The position numbers and the translations under genes are program-made. Positions 21,932-33,196 of a stretch of 64,000 bases of DNA are shown here, in pieces. Below the pieces are notes generated by a model, which was not told the DNA's origin, made no database searches, and worked only from the letters and a program-made list of their open reading frames with translations. The stretch's first letter is position 1. Each line of letters begins with the position of its first letter. Origin of the DNA: a candidate division WOR-3 bacterium (lineage in GTDB: Bacteria; Hydrothermota; Tepidihabitantia; Tepidihabitantales; Tepidihabitantaceae); the NCBI GenBank assembly GCA_965649205.1, contig CBFGJV010000009.1, positions 1 through 64,000 of the forward strand, read 5' to 3'.

Positions 21932-23253
21932 CCCGGTTTCACGGGCTGATTGTCAAGCGTCACCTCTCTAGGTGACGCTTTGCTCTGCAGCCGCTTGCGC
22001 AGCCGGCCCAGCTCCGACGCAAAACCCTTTACGACCAGTCTCCGGCGACCGTGTCTGAATTCGTCTTCCACTATCTGTCCAGCGCTGCGGACTAGCCCGA
22101 TAAGGTCCCAGCGATAGTCCGGAACCATAAATACACGCGTCACCATCTGCCCTTCCACTGCCCGCAGAAGTTCGGCCTTCAATTCTGCCACCCCTTCGCC
22201 GGTAACCCCGGATACAAACTGAGCCTGACTGTAACTGCGCCGGAGCCGCTCCAGTATCGACTCATCAAACACGCGGTCAATCTTTGAGAACACCATCAAA
22301 ACTGGTTTATCCTTGGCCCCAACCTCTGCCAACGTCTGATTCACCGCATCTATGTGCCAGTCCATATGTTCCTGTGTTGCGTCTACTACATGCAACAGCA
22401 GGTCGGCATCTGCCACCTCAGCTAAAGTGGCCCGGAAGCTGGCTACAAGCTGGTGCGGCAAACCCCGGATAAAGCCGACCGTGTCTGTAAGAAGGAGTTT
22501 CGCATAGGGACTCAATTGCAACAATTTGGTATTTGCATCCAGAGTGGCAAATAGTCGATCTGAAATCAGCACGTCCGCCTGCGTCAGGCGATTGAACAAC
22601 GTTGACTTGCCCGCATTGGTATATCCCACAAGAACTGCCTGAAACTCTTCCTGCCGCCGCCGCCGCCTACGTTGTACAGCCCTTTCCCTGTCCACTTTTT
22701 CCAGTTCCCGCCGCAGGGACGCTATTCGCTGTCTGATCCTTCTCCGGTCTACCTCCAGCTTAGTCTCTCCCGGTCCCCGCGCTCCTATACCCCCTTTGAT
22801 ACCGCCCAGTCGAGACATTTCACTCCCGAATCCGGTCAGTCGGCTCTGCTGGTATTCGAGCTGAGCCAGCTCCACCTGTATTTTTGCCTCAGCTGTACGA
22901 GCATGAATGGCAAATATGTCCAGTATCAGAGCAGTGCGATCAATCACCCTCACCCCTACGCTTGCTTCCAAGTTCCTTTGCTGCGTGGAAGTGAGTTCAG
23001 CATCAAAAATCAGAAGGTCTATCGCGTGCTGGCTGCATAGCCGGGCAAGCTGTTCCACCATTCCCTTACCTACCAGAGTAGCCGGGTCAAGCCTGGACCT
23101 GACCTGAACCAACTTTTCCACCACAACCCCGCCCGCCGTTTTGGTCAAAGCCGCCAATTCCTCCAGAGAATCAGCCTTGGTCCAGCGTTCGCGGCTGGAC
23201 AAGGCCACACTTACCAGCAGAACCCTCGTAGCGGCAGAAGCATTTTCAATCAT
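21928..23253 (-). CDS. hflX: GTPase HflX
   Basis: LILDIFA.HART.EAK.QVELAQL, RGPGETKLEVDRR, GYTNAGKST, LFATLD, DTVGFI. Confidence 0.96.
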   Translation of the reverse strand: MIENASAATRVLLVSVALSSRERWTKADSLEELAALTKTAGGVVVEKLVQVRSRLDPATLVGKGMVEQLARLCSQHAIDLLIFDAELTSTQQRNLEASVGVRVIDRTALILDIFAIHARTAEAKIQVELAQLEYQQSRLTGFGSEMSRLGGIKGGIGARGPGETKLEVDRRRIRQRIASLRRELEKVDRERAVQRRRRRRQEEFQAVLVGYTNAGKSTLFNRLTQADVLISDRLFATLDANTKLLQLSPYAKLLLTDTVGFIRGLPHQLVASFRATLAEVADADLLLHVVDATQEHMDWHIDAVNQTLAEVGAKDKPVLMVFSKIDRVFDESILERLRRSYSQAQFVSGVTGEGVAELKAELLRAVEGQMVTRVFMVPDYRWDLIGLVRSAGQIVEDEFRHGRRRLVVKGFASELGRLRKRLQSKASPREVTLDNQPVKPG

Positions 23254-23254
23254 A

Positions 23255-23842
23255 CTACCGACCAGGGTCGTACCGCTGCGACAGAACGTAAAAAACTCGC
23301 TGTAGAAAAGTAGAAAGACTTCCTACCGCAATCACGGCCAGACCAGCTACAGCCCAGGTACGACCAAGCACGAAAAGTGAAAAGAGGAGAGTCAGCACAC
23401 GGACCGGCCGCTCAAACCAGCCGATGCGACACTCAAAACCGGCTCCTTCTGCCCGTGCTCTTACATAGCTAACCAGAAGAGAAAAAACCAGCGCCAGCAC
23501 CGCCAGGAAAGCATAAAACGTACTCACCCGCGCGTAGTACCAAGCTAGGCCGCAGAACACTGCCGCTTCCCCTAATCGATCTACAACCGAGTCCAAGAAA
23601 GCTCCTGTTCTGGTTGTACCAGTAGCCCGCGCCATTTCTCCGTCCAACGTATCACACAACCCTACCAGCGCAACCAGCACCCCACCCCAGATGAACCGTC
23701 CATAAGCTAACAAAACGCCCGCCCCCAGACTCAAAGGGATAGCGACAAGGGTCACCAAGTTAGGCGGTACTCGGATGGAAACTAACAGATTTACCACAGG
23801 CCGCAGTAATTTGCGACCTCGACGCTTAGTCTCTTCTCTCAT
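23255..23842 (-). CDS. CDP-alcohol phosphatidyltransferase
   Basis: PNLVT; signature DTLDGEMAR-x7-GAFLDSVVDR; SYVRARAE; multiple TM segments. Confidence 0.9.
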   Translation of the reverse strand: MREETKRRGRKLLRPVVNLLVSIRVPPNLVTLVAIPLSLGAGVLLAYGRFIWGGVLVALVGLCDTLDGEMARATGTTRTGAFLDSVVDRLGEAAVFCGLAWYYARVSTFYAFLAVLALVFSLLVSYVRARAEGAGFECRIGWFERPVRVLTLLFSLFVLGRTWAVAGLAVIAVGSLSTFLQRVFYVLSQRYDPGR

Positions 23843-24636
23843 TGGTCAATTCCCTGCTGCACGTTTTCCTTGGCTGCAGTTTCATCTTCTTCCCGACCCG
23901 AGACTACAATCACGGTTTCACCTTTGAGTTTTCTGGCTTCCAATCGGCCCAACACCTCACCCAAACTTCCCCGCATTACTTCTTCGAACTTCTTAGTAAG
24001 TTCCCGCGCAACCACGACCTTGCGTTCTCCCCACAATTCCAGCATCTCCGCCAATAATCTCTGTACTCGGTGGGCGGACTCGTAGAACACCATCGTACGC
24101 TCTTCTGCGGCCAGAGCCGCCAAACGTTTTCTCCGCCTTCCTTCTCGTTTGGGCAGAAAACCCTCAAAAGCAAAACGATTGGCGGGCAACCCGGAAATCA
24201 CCAAGGCGGCCAGTAATGCTGAAGCACCCGGTATGGGTATAACTCTGTATCCTTCTTCTATTGCCGCCCGAATAAGATAGAACCCAGGATCAGATATGCC
24301 TGGAGTCCCTGCATCCGTCACCAATGCCACTCTCCGCCCTTCCCGCAGCATAGCCAGTATCTCCGGTGTGCGACGCAACTTGTTGTATTCATGGTAAGAG
24401 ATGAGCTTCGCCCGCAACCCCAATCTGACAAGCAACAGACCCGTACGTCGCGTATCTTCGCAGGCGACAATGTCTGCCCGACTTAAGACCTCACGAGCCC
24501 GCAAAGTGATATCGCCCAGATTTCCGATGGGAGTTGAGACCACATAAAGGCCCGGTTCCAAGGAACCTTCCGCTTCGTAGGAAACCTCGGCGTCCGCCTG
24601 CTGCTTCGCCTGCCCGACCGACTGGTTATGGTTCAC
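23839..24636 (-). CDS. rsmI: 16S rRNA (cytidine(1402)-2'-O)-methyltransferase
   Basis: LYVVSTPIGNLGDITLRA, ACEDTR, DAGTPGISDPG, RELTKKFEE. Start placed at GTG 24636, overlapping the upstream TGA. Confidence 0.94.
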   Translation of the reverse strand: MNHNQSVGQAKQQADAEVSYEAEGSLEPGLYVVSTPIGNLGDITLRAREVLSRADIVACEDTRRTGLLLVRLGLRAKLISYHEYNKLRRTPEILAMLREGRRVALVTDAGTPGISDPGFYLIRAAIEEGYRVIPIPGASALLAALVISGLPANRFAFEGFLPKREGRRRKRLAALAAEERTMVFYESAHRVQRLLAEMLELWGERKVVVARELTKKFEEVMRGSLGEVLGRLEARKLKGETVIVVSGREEDETAAKENVQQGIDQ

Positions 24637-25106
24637 AAGTCGTAGAACTCCACTCTGCCCGTCTCCACATCCAAAGTGGCGACAGTGGCGCGCCCAGACA
24701 ACCAACCGCAAGCCTCGCCCGGATTTACCACCACCGGCGGTCCGGGAGCAAAGTAGGGTTTGTGCGTGTGTCCGTGCAGGTAGAAATCGCAATCTGGGGC
24801 CGGCGAGACCGGCTGATGGCTGATACATAACCGCTTGCCCTTGCACGGGAAACAGTCCAAACCCGAAGCAAGCCTAAAACCGAACTCCTGCGCCCGCTTA
24901 TGCAGGGCCGCCGGGTCGCCATCGCAGTTGCCCAAGACACCGTGTAGCCGACTTTTCAACTTGCTCAGCTCCACCAGTACGAACTGCGCCACAAAATCAC
25001 CGCAGTGCACCACCAGCTCCGCGTCCAACCGGTTGAACAGATCCACCGCAGCTCTTACCTTGTCCAGATTGTCGTGCGTATCGGAGATGATACCAATCAG
25101 ACTCAT
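24633..25106 (-). CDS. Metallophosphoesterase (YfcE/MJ0936-like)
   Basis: ISDTHDN, HCGD, GNCD, HGHTH, NPGEACG. Confidence 0.9.
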   Translation of the reverse strand: MSLIGIISDTHDNLDKVRAAVDLFNRLDAELVVHCGDFVAQFVLVELSKLKSRLHGVLGNCDGDPAALHKRAQEFGFRLASGLDCFPCKGKRLCISHQPVSPAPDCDFYLHGHTHKPYFAPGPPVVVNPGEACGWLSGRATVATLDVETGRVEFYDL

Positions 25107-26878
25107 CTTATCAAATCACGGAGAGCCTCAAATTTGCGCAGCCGTGTCGGGTGGCGGAGCTTCTTCAAGGCCTTGGCCTCAATCTGTCGTACTCGCTCGC
25201 GCGTAATATTGAATATCTGCCCTACCTCTTCCAGAGTGCGCGGACAACCATCGCCCAGTCCAAAACGCAGCCGCAATACCTTCTCCTCTCGCTTGTTCAG
25301 CTTTTTTAGTTCACTTTCCAGCTTCTCTGCCAGCAGAGAAACGCCGGCCGCGTGCGAGGGCGAAGCGGTTTTCTCGTCGCAAATGAAATCGCCAATGAAT
25401 GACGACTCATCATCGTCCACCGGCTTATCCAGAGACACCCCGAACTGAGATATGCGCGCCAATGCCTCTATCTTGTCTTTTGGAGTTGACAGCCGCTGGG
25501 CGATTTCTGCCACTGTCGGCTCTCGACCGTGTTCCTGCACAAACTTGCGCTGAATCTTTCCTACCTTATTGATGGCGTCGATGATATGCGCCGGTACCCG
25601 CACCGTACGGGACTGATCCGCTATAGCTCGAGTGATAGCCTGTTTTATCCACCAGGTAGCGTAGGTAGAAAACTTGAAGCCTTTCCGGTAGTTGAATTTC
25701 TCTACTGCCTTTATCAATCCTACGTTGCCTTCCTCCAACAGGTCGGCAAACTCCAGACCGCGATTCACATAGCGCTTAGCGATGGAAATCACCAGCCGCA
25801 CATTACCTTCTATCATCTTATCGCGTGCAGAGATAATACGTTGCTCGCAACGCGCCATCTCTTCCAGGTTGCGCCGAATCTCGGAGATGTTGCCCCCGAG
25901 AAACTTCAGCTCTTTCTTCAACTGCTCGCGCACCTCTGCCATCTCTTCCGCTGTCTCCCGACCCTCTTTGCGCGCCCGTTGTATCTGCTCATGGTAATCC
26001 AGCGCCCGCTTTGCCGCCTCCTTGTACTGGTTGATGAAAACGTTGATCAGCTGATGCTGTAAAGCCAGCTTCTTAATCAGATTCACTATCGTTTGTCTGC
26101 TCTCTTCAATTCGTTTGCGGACACGGGGACCGGGCCGAGGATAGGTGGCTTCTGCCTGTTCGATCTTCTCTGTTTCCCGTTTAATCCTGCGGACGTAGTT
26201 GATGAAACGCTGCCGGTCGCGAGACAACGCCTTCTGGTCAAATAAACACTCGAACTCCACCCGTGCCACCTGATCCAGCGAACGGGTACCTTCCTCAACC
26301 GCGGCACATTCTGCCACCAGCTGACGCACGATGGCTATCGGCCGAAACAGAAACTCAATGATGTTCTCATATCCTTCTTCCATTTCCCGGGAGTAGTATA
26401 TCTCTTCCTCTCGCGTCAACAGTGGCAACTTGGCCAGCTCTCGGAAATAGGACTTGGTCGGGTCTTCCGTTCGCTGTACCACCGGTCTGGGTCCCCGGCG
26501 CACCACCGGTGCTTCGTCTTCGCGAGTATCTGTCACCCGGATGCCATCCCGAGCCAGATCAGCAACAAGATTGTCCAGAAGCTGAGAGGAAGAAAGCACG
26601 TCGTCCGGTAACAACTCATCCAATTCCTGATATGTTATACGTTTGTCGCTGGCCGCCCGGTCATAAACCGACTTCAACCACCCCTCTTTTTTGTCACCCG
26701 CTGCCAGCTCTTCCGTCTGGCCGACATTCGGAGTCTGCTCTTCCTCCGCTTCGATGTCTATATCCAGACGTTCTGTTTCGTCTGTTGTCTGCCTTCTCCC
26801 AGAACCGCGCGGCCGGCCCGGTTTTCTCCCGCTCCGTCGCGTTCTGGAAGTCTTCGCGTTACTTACCTTCTTGCTCAT
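25103..26878 (-). CDS. rpoD: RNA polymerase primary sigma factor sigma70
   Basis: Region 1.2 [16 protein letters not shown]; region 2 [35 protein letters not shown]; region 4 [18 protein letters not shown]; downstream of dnaG. Confidence 0.97.
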   Translation of the reverse strand: MSKKVSNAKTSRTRRSGRKPGRPRGSGRRQTTDETERLDIDIEAEEEQTPNVGQTEELAAGDKKEGWLKSVYDRAASDKRITYQELDELLPDDVLSSSQLLDNLVADLARDGIRVTDTREDEAPVVRRGPRPVVQRTEDPTKSYFRELAKLPLLTREEEIYYSREMEEGYENIIEFLFRPIAIVRQLVAECAAVEEGTRSLDQVARVEFECLFDQKALSRDRQRFINYVRRIKRETEKIEQAEATYPRPGPRVRKRIEESRQTIVNLIKKLALQHQLINVFINQYKEAAKRALDYHEQIQRARKEGRETAEEMAEVREQLKKELKFLGGNISEIRRNLEEMARCEQRIISARDKMIEGNVRLVISIAKRYVNRGLEFADLLEEGNVGLIKAVEKFNYRKGFKFSTYATWWIKQAITRAIADQSRTVRVPAHIIDAINKVGKIQRKFVQEHGREPTVAEIAQRLSTPKDKIEALARISQFGVSLDKPVDDDESSFIGDFICDEKTASPSHAAGVSLLAEKLESELKKLNKREEKVLRLRFGLGDGCPRTLEEVGQIFNITRERVRQIEAKALKKLRHPTRLRKFEALRDLIR

Positions 26879-28542
26879 TTATTAACACTCCTTTCCAGTA
26901 CCACTCCCTTGAGAAGTTCAGCAACTTCCCTAGTGAGCAACTCAGCTTCCTTCTGATTGCCTGCCTCGTAAGCTGCCGCAGCCCGACGACGCAACCAGGC
27001 CGCGCGCAAACGTCGCACTCGCCGCTCAAAATCTGTCGGTTCCGGCAAAGACTGTTCCAGGAAGGTCCAAGCCGACACCCTTTTTCTTGTATCCTCATCA
27101 CTGATGCGGTCTAGCAACATAGCCGGTCCGAAACCGGCTTCCTCGCACAGCTCCGAAACCAGATTGGCTACAGACTGCAACTGTTTGTCCTGGAGTGCCT
27201 CTGCCAGGCATAAATCGCGCACGATCCTGGCCAGTTCGCCACTCTGCACCGCTGCTGCCATAATCTTCTCGTCTACTGCCACAGAGGATACGACAGGCTG
27301 CTGCCTTGTCGGTCTTTCCGCTATCTCGGCCAGCACCGTACGCTTATCAACCTCAAAGGTATCTGCCAACTTCTGGGCATACATTTCGCGAGTCACCTGA
27401 TCAGGAATTAGACGCAGTAAACCTGTCAACTCCCGCAATGCCGCTCGCCTCTCGCCTACCCTGTTCATCGGCCGACCGCAGAGCACAAAGTCCACAAAAT
27501 CTGTCGCCTGACCGACCAGCTGCAGAAATGAATCCGGCCCGTGCGTACGAACATACTGGTCGGGGTCCATTCCCTGGGGCAAAAGAACTATCTGGGGTTC
27601 CATCCCGCAACGCAGAAGCACCTCCAGCGCCTTTCGTGCCGCTGCCCGACCGGCGGCATCTCCATCAAAGCACAACACCAGCCTGCGGTTATAACGCGCC
27701 AGCAGCAATGCCTGGTTTTGCGTCAAAGCGGTGCCCAGCGGTGCCACAACGTTCTTAATCCCGGCGTCCACCAGAGAAAGTAGGTCAAAATTCCCTTCCA
27801 CCAGTAGGGGCGGCCCGGCTCGCAGATAGCCTTTTGCCTGGAATGCGCCATACAGATTATAGCCTTTCCGGAAAATCTCCGTGTCTGGCGAGTTCAGGTA
27901 TTTCGGCTCCTGCTCATCCAACACCCGCCCGCCGAATCCAACAATCCGGCCGGAAAGCGAGAAAATGGGAAACATCAGACGGTCGTGAAAGTAATCTGTA
28001 AGTCCCTGCTCTCTCTGCACCAATAACCCTGTCCGCACCAGCGCAGTCTCAGACCACGAATTCCGTCGTGCTTCTGCCCGCAGCTGGCCGCCAGCCGGAG
28101 CATATCCCAGCCGGAACTGCCTAACCGTCTCTGGTTTCAATCCCCGTTTCTGCAAATACGACTGCGCCTGTTCTGACTTCGCCAGCTGGCGCTCGTAAAA
28201 GGAAGCCGCCTGTTCACATGCTTCGTAAAGCTCCCGATGAACACCCGTCTTTTTCTCCTCCACCTCTATGCCCAGACGGTTAGCCAAAAACTTCACCGCT
28301 TCCGGGAAAGCAAGCTTCTCTTGGGCCATAACAAAACTGATAGCATTACCGCCCGTACCACAACCGAAGCAATGGTAGGTCTGCCGGTCAGGACTGACAT
28401 AGAAGGAAGGACTTCGGTCCGGATGAAAGGGACACAACCCACGATAGTTACGCCCCACCTTCTTCAGTGGTAAGTAACTTCCGATAAGCTCCACAATATC
28501 CGTACTGGCTCGCACCTTTTCTACCGTCTCCGGGCTGATCAT
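26875..28542 (-). CDS. dnaG: DNA primase
   Basis: Zn finger CPFH...CFGC; GFGGR; KYLNSP; TOPRIM EGNFD and DGDAAG; DPD. Confidence 0.97.
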   Translation of the reverse strand: MISPETVEKVRASTDIVELIGSYLPLKKVGRNYRGLCPFHPDRSPSFYVSPDRQTYHCFGCGTGGNAISFVMAQEKLAFPEAVKFLANRLGIEVEEKKTGVHRELYEACEQAASFYERQLAKSEQAQSYLQKRGLKPETVRQFRLGYAPAGGQLRAEARRNSWSETALVRTGLLVQREQGLTDYFHDRLMFPIFSLSGRIVGFGGRVLDEQEPKYLNSPDTEIFRKGYNLYGAFQAKGYLRAGPPLLVEGNFDLLSLVDAGIKNVVAPLGTALTQNQALLLARYNRRLVLCFDGDAAGRAAARKALEVLLRCGMEPQIVLLPQGMDPDQYVRTHGPDSFLQLVGQATDFVDFVLCGRPMNRVGERRAALRELTGLLRLIPDQVTREMYAQKLADTFEVDKRTVLAEIAERPTRQQPVVSSVAVDEKIMAAAVQSGELARIVRDLCLAEALQDKQLQSVANLVSELCEEAGFGPAMLLDRISDEDTRKRVSAWTFLEQSLPEPTDFERRVRRLRAAWLRRRAAAAYEAGNQKEAELLTREVAELLKGVVLERSVNK

Positions 28543-30896
28543 CCGCTGTTTCCTCTCCTGGTCAACAGCTCGTCCGCAACTCCAGACTTCATGGTCACTA
28601 CCGTAACCCCGTCACCACCCTCAGCGGGCTCTCCCAAACGGAAAGTGTCTATGCGAGGGTCCTGCCTCAGCATCTCTCTAACCATCCGCCTGAGCACCCC
28701 GGTACCCTTGCCGTGCACCAGCCACACCTGTCTTACCCCCAAACTCACCGCCTCGTCCAAAAACCTTTCCAAAGCCGCAGCAGCCTCTTCCCGACTCATA
28801 CCCAGAAGCTGGAGCCGGGAATCAAAACCTGCCGCAGCCTCATGGACTACTTCGTGCCGACCGTCAGTTCTGCTCCCGGCATTAGAAAACATGTCTTTCT
28901 CCAAATCCTCCGGTCTCAATTGCATTTTTATGCTGCCGAAAGCTACGGTTACAGTATCGGTTCCCACCTCTGTAACTACTCCTCGCTTGCCCAGCGAACT
29001 TGACTTTACTACCTCCCCTACGCTGTAGGCCAGGCGTTCCTTCTTCGGTATGCCGGCAGTCGGAACTTGGGTCTGAGACAACGACTGTTCCACAAACCTC
29101 TTTGCCCTCACAACCGCTTCGTGCGCAGCCTGGGTTTCTCTTATCTGACGTACCAGATTCTCTATCTCCCGCCGAGCGGCAACCAGCATTTCTCTTCTCT
29201 CGGCCTGCAGTTGAGCACGCTCCTTTTCCCGCCAGCGCTGCCACTCCTCCTGTTTCGCCTCGTAATCGCGCTTCAACTCTGCCGCCCTCCATTTCTCCTC
29301 CTCCGCTATCTGCCTGGCCCGGCGCGCCTCCTCCAGTTCCACTTCCAACGCCCGCAGCTTGGCGTTCATATCCAGCCATTCCTGACCCAATCGTAACTCC
29401 GCCCGGGAAATAAGTTCTGGCGGCAATCCGACCGCAGCTGCAATCTCCAGGGCACTTGACTCTCCGGGAAAACCGAACGTAAGTTGAAAAGTTGGCTTAC
29501 CCTGGGCAAAACCCATGGCGGCGTTGACCATTCCCGCCTCGTTCTGCACAAACAACTTCAACACTCCAAAATGGCTGGTGGCAACTGTGACAACTTGGCG
29601 GTCACGTAGCGTCTCCAGCACCGCCATGGCCAGAGCCGCGCCTTCCTCGGGAGATGTAGAAGCACCTATTTCGTCCAGAAGTACCAGGTGATGCCTGTCG
29701 GCCTGCTCCAGTATTTCCTTCAGCCGGGACACATGGCCGGTGAAAGAAGACAGACCGTCATCCAACGACTGCTCATCGCCTATGTCGGCAAATACCCGAG
29801 GGAAGAAAGGTAAACGAGTGCCTGCAGCAGCGAGTACGGGAATACCGCAACTCAGCATAAGACACAGAATACCCAAAGTTTTTATCGCCACCGTCTTGCC
29901 GCCTGCGTTCGGACCGGATATAAGCACCACATACGTGCTCTCAGGCAACTGGAAATACAAAGGCACCACATCTTTTTTTCTAGCAGCCAGCAACGGGTGT
30001 CTGCCCGCCACCAGTTTTAGACTGCCGTCAGTGCTCACAACCGGCCGACAGCAGTCAAACGCTTTGCCGTACCTTGACTTGGCCAGAAGTAAGTCCAGTT
30101 CACCTATTGCTGCTAGAGCCTCTTGCAGCTCGTTCGCGTAACCCGCCACCAGACTGGAAAGCCGCCGCAGAATCCGCCCAACCTCCTCCATCTCCAGACC
30201 CCGCAGCTCGGCCAGTTCATTCTGCTCCGCCACTGTCTCCATCGGCTCTACAAACAGAGTGTGTCCTGTGCCGGAGCTTTCGTGGATAACTGCCGGCAGC
30301 TTGTCCCGTGCTTCTACCTTCAACGCCAGCACGTAGCGGTCATGCCGCACCGTGGGCCGATCAGAATACCAATCTGGATGTTCAGCCACCATCGCTTCCA
30401 GCCGCTCTATCAATCTGTTTCTTCTTCTCCGCATTTCTCTCCTGGCCTGAGCCAGAAGAGGGCTGGCTTCGTCACGCACTTCCCCTGTTTCCTCCAACGC
30501 CGCCCCGAGTTCCACTTCTACATTGGGCAAAACGTGCAGTCGTTCTATTAGCTGTCGCACAGCAGCAGTACGTTTCACCCTTCGGTCAAGAAAATGGCGA
30601 CATTCTCTTATACCCGCACAAGCCTCCCGCACCGCCACAAGCTCTGGTCCGGAAAGAACCGCTTCCTGCGCCGCGCGAACCAGCGCAGCCCGCACATCTG
30701 CAATCCGGCCGAGCGGCGGCTCCTCTTCCAAAGCAGCGAGTTCGTACACCCGGTCATACTCGGCATTGACCGCAACAGGATCCGAAAAAGGCTGTATGGC
30801 CAGTGCCAGTTCCCGGCCCATGGGTGTACGGCAGTAGGCAGCCACAAGCTCCCGCACGCGCGGGAAATCTAGGGGCTCCAAGCTTAAGTCGGACAA
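28539..30896 (-). CDS. mutS2: MutS2 family ATPase/endonuclease with Smr domain
   Basis: SGPNAGGKT, DIGDEQS..LSSF, LLDEIG..T.PEEG, C-terminal Smr HGKGTGVLR. TTG start with AAAGGAG RBS. Confidence 0.95.
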   Translation of the reverse strand: MSDLSLEPLDFPRVRELVAAYCRTPMGRELALAIQPFSDPVAVNAEYDRVYELAALEEEPPLGRIADVRAALVRAAQEAVLSGPELVAVREACAGIRECRHFLDRRVKRTAAVRQLIERLHVLPNVEVELGAALEETGEVRDEASPLLAQARREMRRRRNRLIERLEAMVAEHPDWYSDRPTVRHDRYVLALKVEARDKLPAVIHESSGTGHTLFVEPMETVAEQNELAELRGLEMEEVGRILRRLSSLVAGYANELQEALAAIGELDLLLAKSRYGKAFDCCRPVVSTDGSLKLVAGRHPLLAARKKDVVPLYFQLPESTYVVLISGPNAGGKTVAIKTLGILCLMLSCGIPVLAAAGTRLPFFPRVFADIGDEQSLDDGLSSFTGHVSRLKEILEQADRHHLVLLDEIGASTSPEEGAALAMAVLETLRDRQVVTVATSHFGVLKLFVQNEAGMVNAAMGFAQGKPTFQLTFGFPGESSALEIAAAVGLPPELISRAELRLGQEWLDMNAKLRALEVELEEARRARQIAEEEKWRAAELKRDYEAKQEEWQRWREKERAQLQAERREMLVAARREIENLVRQIRETQAAHEAVVRAKRFVEQSLSQTQVPTAGIPKKERLAYSVGEVVKSSSLGKRGVVTEVGTDTVTVAFGSIKMQLRPEDLEKDMFSNAGSRTDGRHEVVHEAAAGFDSRLQLLGMSREEAAAALERFLDEAVSLGVRQVWLVHGKGTGVLRRMVREMLRQDPRIDTFRLGEPAEGGDGVTVVTMKSGVADELLTRRGNSG

Positions 30897-30921
30897 CTAA
30901 GCTCCTTTGACTGTTACGCTC

Positions 30922-31119
30922 TCAGCTCAGGTCTGCCTGCTGGCGGCGCCAGTTACGCCTGCGCGCTTCTGCCGCCTTGCGCTTTCTACGCACACTCGGC
31001 TTCTCGTAGTATTCCCGACGCTTCACATCGCGCAGTATGCCCGCCTTTTCGCATACGCGGCGAAATCTGCGCATGAAGCTCTCGTACGATTCGCCTTCCT
31101 TCACGGTAATACCGGCCAT
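30922..31119 (-). CDS. rpsU: 30S ribosomal protein bS21
   Basis: ES.ESF.RRF.R..EKAG......RREYYEKPS; AAGGAGG RBS. Confidence 0.96.
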   Translation of the reverse strand: MAGITVKEGESYESFMRRFRRVCEKAGILRDVKRREYYEKPSVRRKRKAAEARRRNWRRQQADLS

Positions 31120-31125
31120 TTCTCG

Positions 31126-31950
31126 CTAACACCTCCTTTCTGTAAATACCTCCCCTCCGGTCAGTATTGTGGGCTTCTCTGCCCCTGACCGGAAAGTATG
31201 GGGCCGTTCTTCATCTCCTCTTCTTTGTCCACCCAGCTGACCCAGATGCGAAAGCACCAGGGCCACAGCCGCAGTTGCAGCTGTCTCAGCCCGTAACCTT
31301 CTCGGGCCCAGACTGAAGCTTTGCATCCCGGCTGTTTGCATTCGTGCAATTTCTTCTGGCTCAAATCCTCCTTCCGGTCCAATCAGCAGCAGAACCGATT
31401 TGACCTGGGGATTGAGCACATCTGTCAAACCTGCCTCTGTTTCTTCCTCGTATGCGACCACGGTTGCTTCAAACTCTGGGGTTCGCTGCAGCAGCTCGGA
31501 CAGCTCCACAGGGTCGGCTAGGGGCGGCAGCACAGACCGCAGCGAACACTTCACGGCCTCGACCATCTTCCGCCGCAGATGTTCCAGCTTCGCCTGACTC
31601 AACCTAGCCACCGTGCGGGCACTGCGAACCGGCACTATCTCGCTGACCCCCAGCTGAGTAACGCTATCCACCAGCTCCGCCATTCGCTCACCCTTGATAA
31701 TACTCTGGGCCAGCACTAGACGAACGCCGCTCTCTCTCTCTCGCTCCCGTGTCGCTCGTACTCTACCGGTGACCCGAGTCGGCTTCACCGTCAAAAGCTC
31801 CAGTTCGTATTCTTTGCCTTTTCCGTCGGTAGCAAGCACTCTGTCGCCGGAGCGATGGCGTAACACCCGGGCGAGATGATTTGCTTCCTGGCCGGATATA
31901 ACAACCAAACCATCCGGCCCCACCGGTTCTTTTAGGAAAAAAAGCTCCAT
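31126..31950 (-). CDS. rsmE: 16S rRNA (uracil(1498)-N3)-methyltransferase
   Basis: HLARVLR, LGVSEI, IGPEGGF, LGPRRLRAETA; follows dnaJ. Confidence 0.94.
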   Translation of the reverse strand: MELFFLKEPVGPDGLVVISGQEANHLARVLRHRSGDRVLATDGKGKEYELELLTVKPTRVTGRVRATRERERESGVRLVLAQSIIKGERMAELVDSVTQLGVSEIVPVRSARTVARLSQAKLEHLRRKMVEAVKCSLRSVLPPLADPVELSELLQRTPEFEATVVAYEEETEAGLTDVLNPQVKSVLLLIGPEGGFEPEEIARMQTAGMQSFSLGPRRLRAETAATAAVALVLSHLGQLGGQRRGDEERPHTFRSGAEKPTILTGGEVFTERRC

Positions 31951-33089
31951 CAGCGTGGCTTTCTCGGTACCAGGTCAACCCGACTCTCTGTGTCTGCCAG
32001 CGCCTTCCACAGTCTCTTCTCTTCTGGACTCAGCTTGACCGGCACTCTTACCACAATACGAACCAGCTCGTCCCCTCGCCCTCCGTCCAAACGCTTGATC
32101 CCCGCTCCCCGCAACCGCAAGAACGTACCGGATTCTGTCCCCGCAGGCAGAGTGACAGTCTTCTCCCCGTTCAAAGTAGGCACAACCAGCTTCGCCCCCA
32201 ACACTGCCTGGGCTGGGGTAACCGGCATCTCCACCACAATATCGTCTCCCTGCCGCACAAAGAGCGGATGTTCTTTCTCCTCTATTTCTATCAGCACATC
32301 TCCAGTCCCGCCAGGTCCGAAGTGGCCTTCGCCCCGCAGGGGAATATAGTTGCCCGTCGCCACGCCTGCGGGAATCCTCACCTTCAAGGTACGCTGCCGT
32401 CGTACGCGGCCCTCACCTTCGCACGCCCTGCACAACTCCTTCACCCGCACGCCTTCTCCACCGCATGCCGGACAGGTGGACACCTGCATAAACTGACCGA
32501 AAACCGAACTGGTCCGGCGCTGCACGCGGCCCTGGCCTCGGCAGGTGGGACAGGTAACCCGACCGGTCCCGCCCTTTCCCCCACATACTTCGCAAGCCTC
32601 ATAGCGGGAAAAGGTTACTTCCCGCACCACCCCTTCGGCTATCTCCTCCAAGGAAAGCTTCATTCTGATTCTGATGTCGCCGCCCCGACGGCTGGCACTG
32701 CTCGTCCGCTCCGAACTACCGAAAAGCACATCAAACAGACTTCCGGAGCTGAAACCTCCTCCAAACCCGCGCAACAGGTCGCCGAAGATGTCACTGATAT
32801 CTTCGGCGTGGGTAAAGTCACGACGGAAATCAAACCCGCCTGGTCCGAACTGACGCGACACCCCTTCGTGTCCATACTGGTCATACAGACGCCGCTTGTT
32901 CTCATCGGCCAAAACCTCGTAAGCCTCGGAAAGTTCCTTAAACTTTTCCTCCGCCTCTGCCCGGTTGCCCGGATTCTGATCCGGATGGTATTGTTTGGCC
33001 AGACGGCGATAGGCTGTTTTTATTTCCTCTGCCGTGGCGTTACGCGGCACCCCCAATACTTCATAATAGTCCCGTTTTGTCTCAGGCAT
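31950..33089 (-). CDS. dnaJ: Chaperone DnaJ
   Basis: J domain with HPD, G/F-rich region, four CxxCxGxG motifs. Confidence 0.98.
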   Translation of the reverse strand: MPETKRDYYEVLGVPRNATAEEIKTAYRRLAKQYHPDQNPGNRAEAEEKFKELSEAYEVLADENKRRLYDQYGHEGVSRQFGPGGFDFRRDFTHAEDISDIFGDLLRGFGGGFSSGSLFDVLFGSSERTSSASRRGGDIRIRMKLSLEEIAEGVVREVTFSRYEACEVCGGKGGTGRVTCPTCRGQGRVQRRTSSVFGQFMQVSTCPACGGEGVRVKELCRACEGEGRVRRQRTLKVRIPAGVATGNYIPLRGEGHFGPGGTGDVLIEIEEKEHPLFVRQGDDIVVEMPVTPAQAVLGAKLVVPTLNGEKTVTLPAGTESGTFLRLRGAGIKRLDGGRGDELVRIVVRVPVKLSPEEKRLWKALADTESRVDLVPRKPR

Positions 33090-33111
33090 TAGGTAATACT
33101 ACACCTCCGCC

Positions 33112-33180
33112 AAAAACGCAGCCCAGCCCTGCCGGCTGAACTTCGGAACAAACCGCGGTTCAGTGCAGAGCTTGCTGCGT
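33112..33180 (-). terminator. Long stem-loop plus U-tract between dnaK and dnaJ
   Basis: Minus strand ACGCAGC...GCTGCGT outer stem with nested GCTCTGC/GCAGGGC and CTGAAC/GTTCAG pairings, followed by TTTT. Confidence 0.6.
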
Positions 33181-33196
33181 ATTACTTTCAACCTCG

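Noticed and set aside
33116..33180. SRP RNA or tRNA
   Set aside because: Lacks the SRP GGAA tetraloop/AGCAG motif and any tRNA T-loop or cloverleaf.
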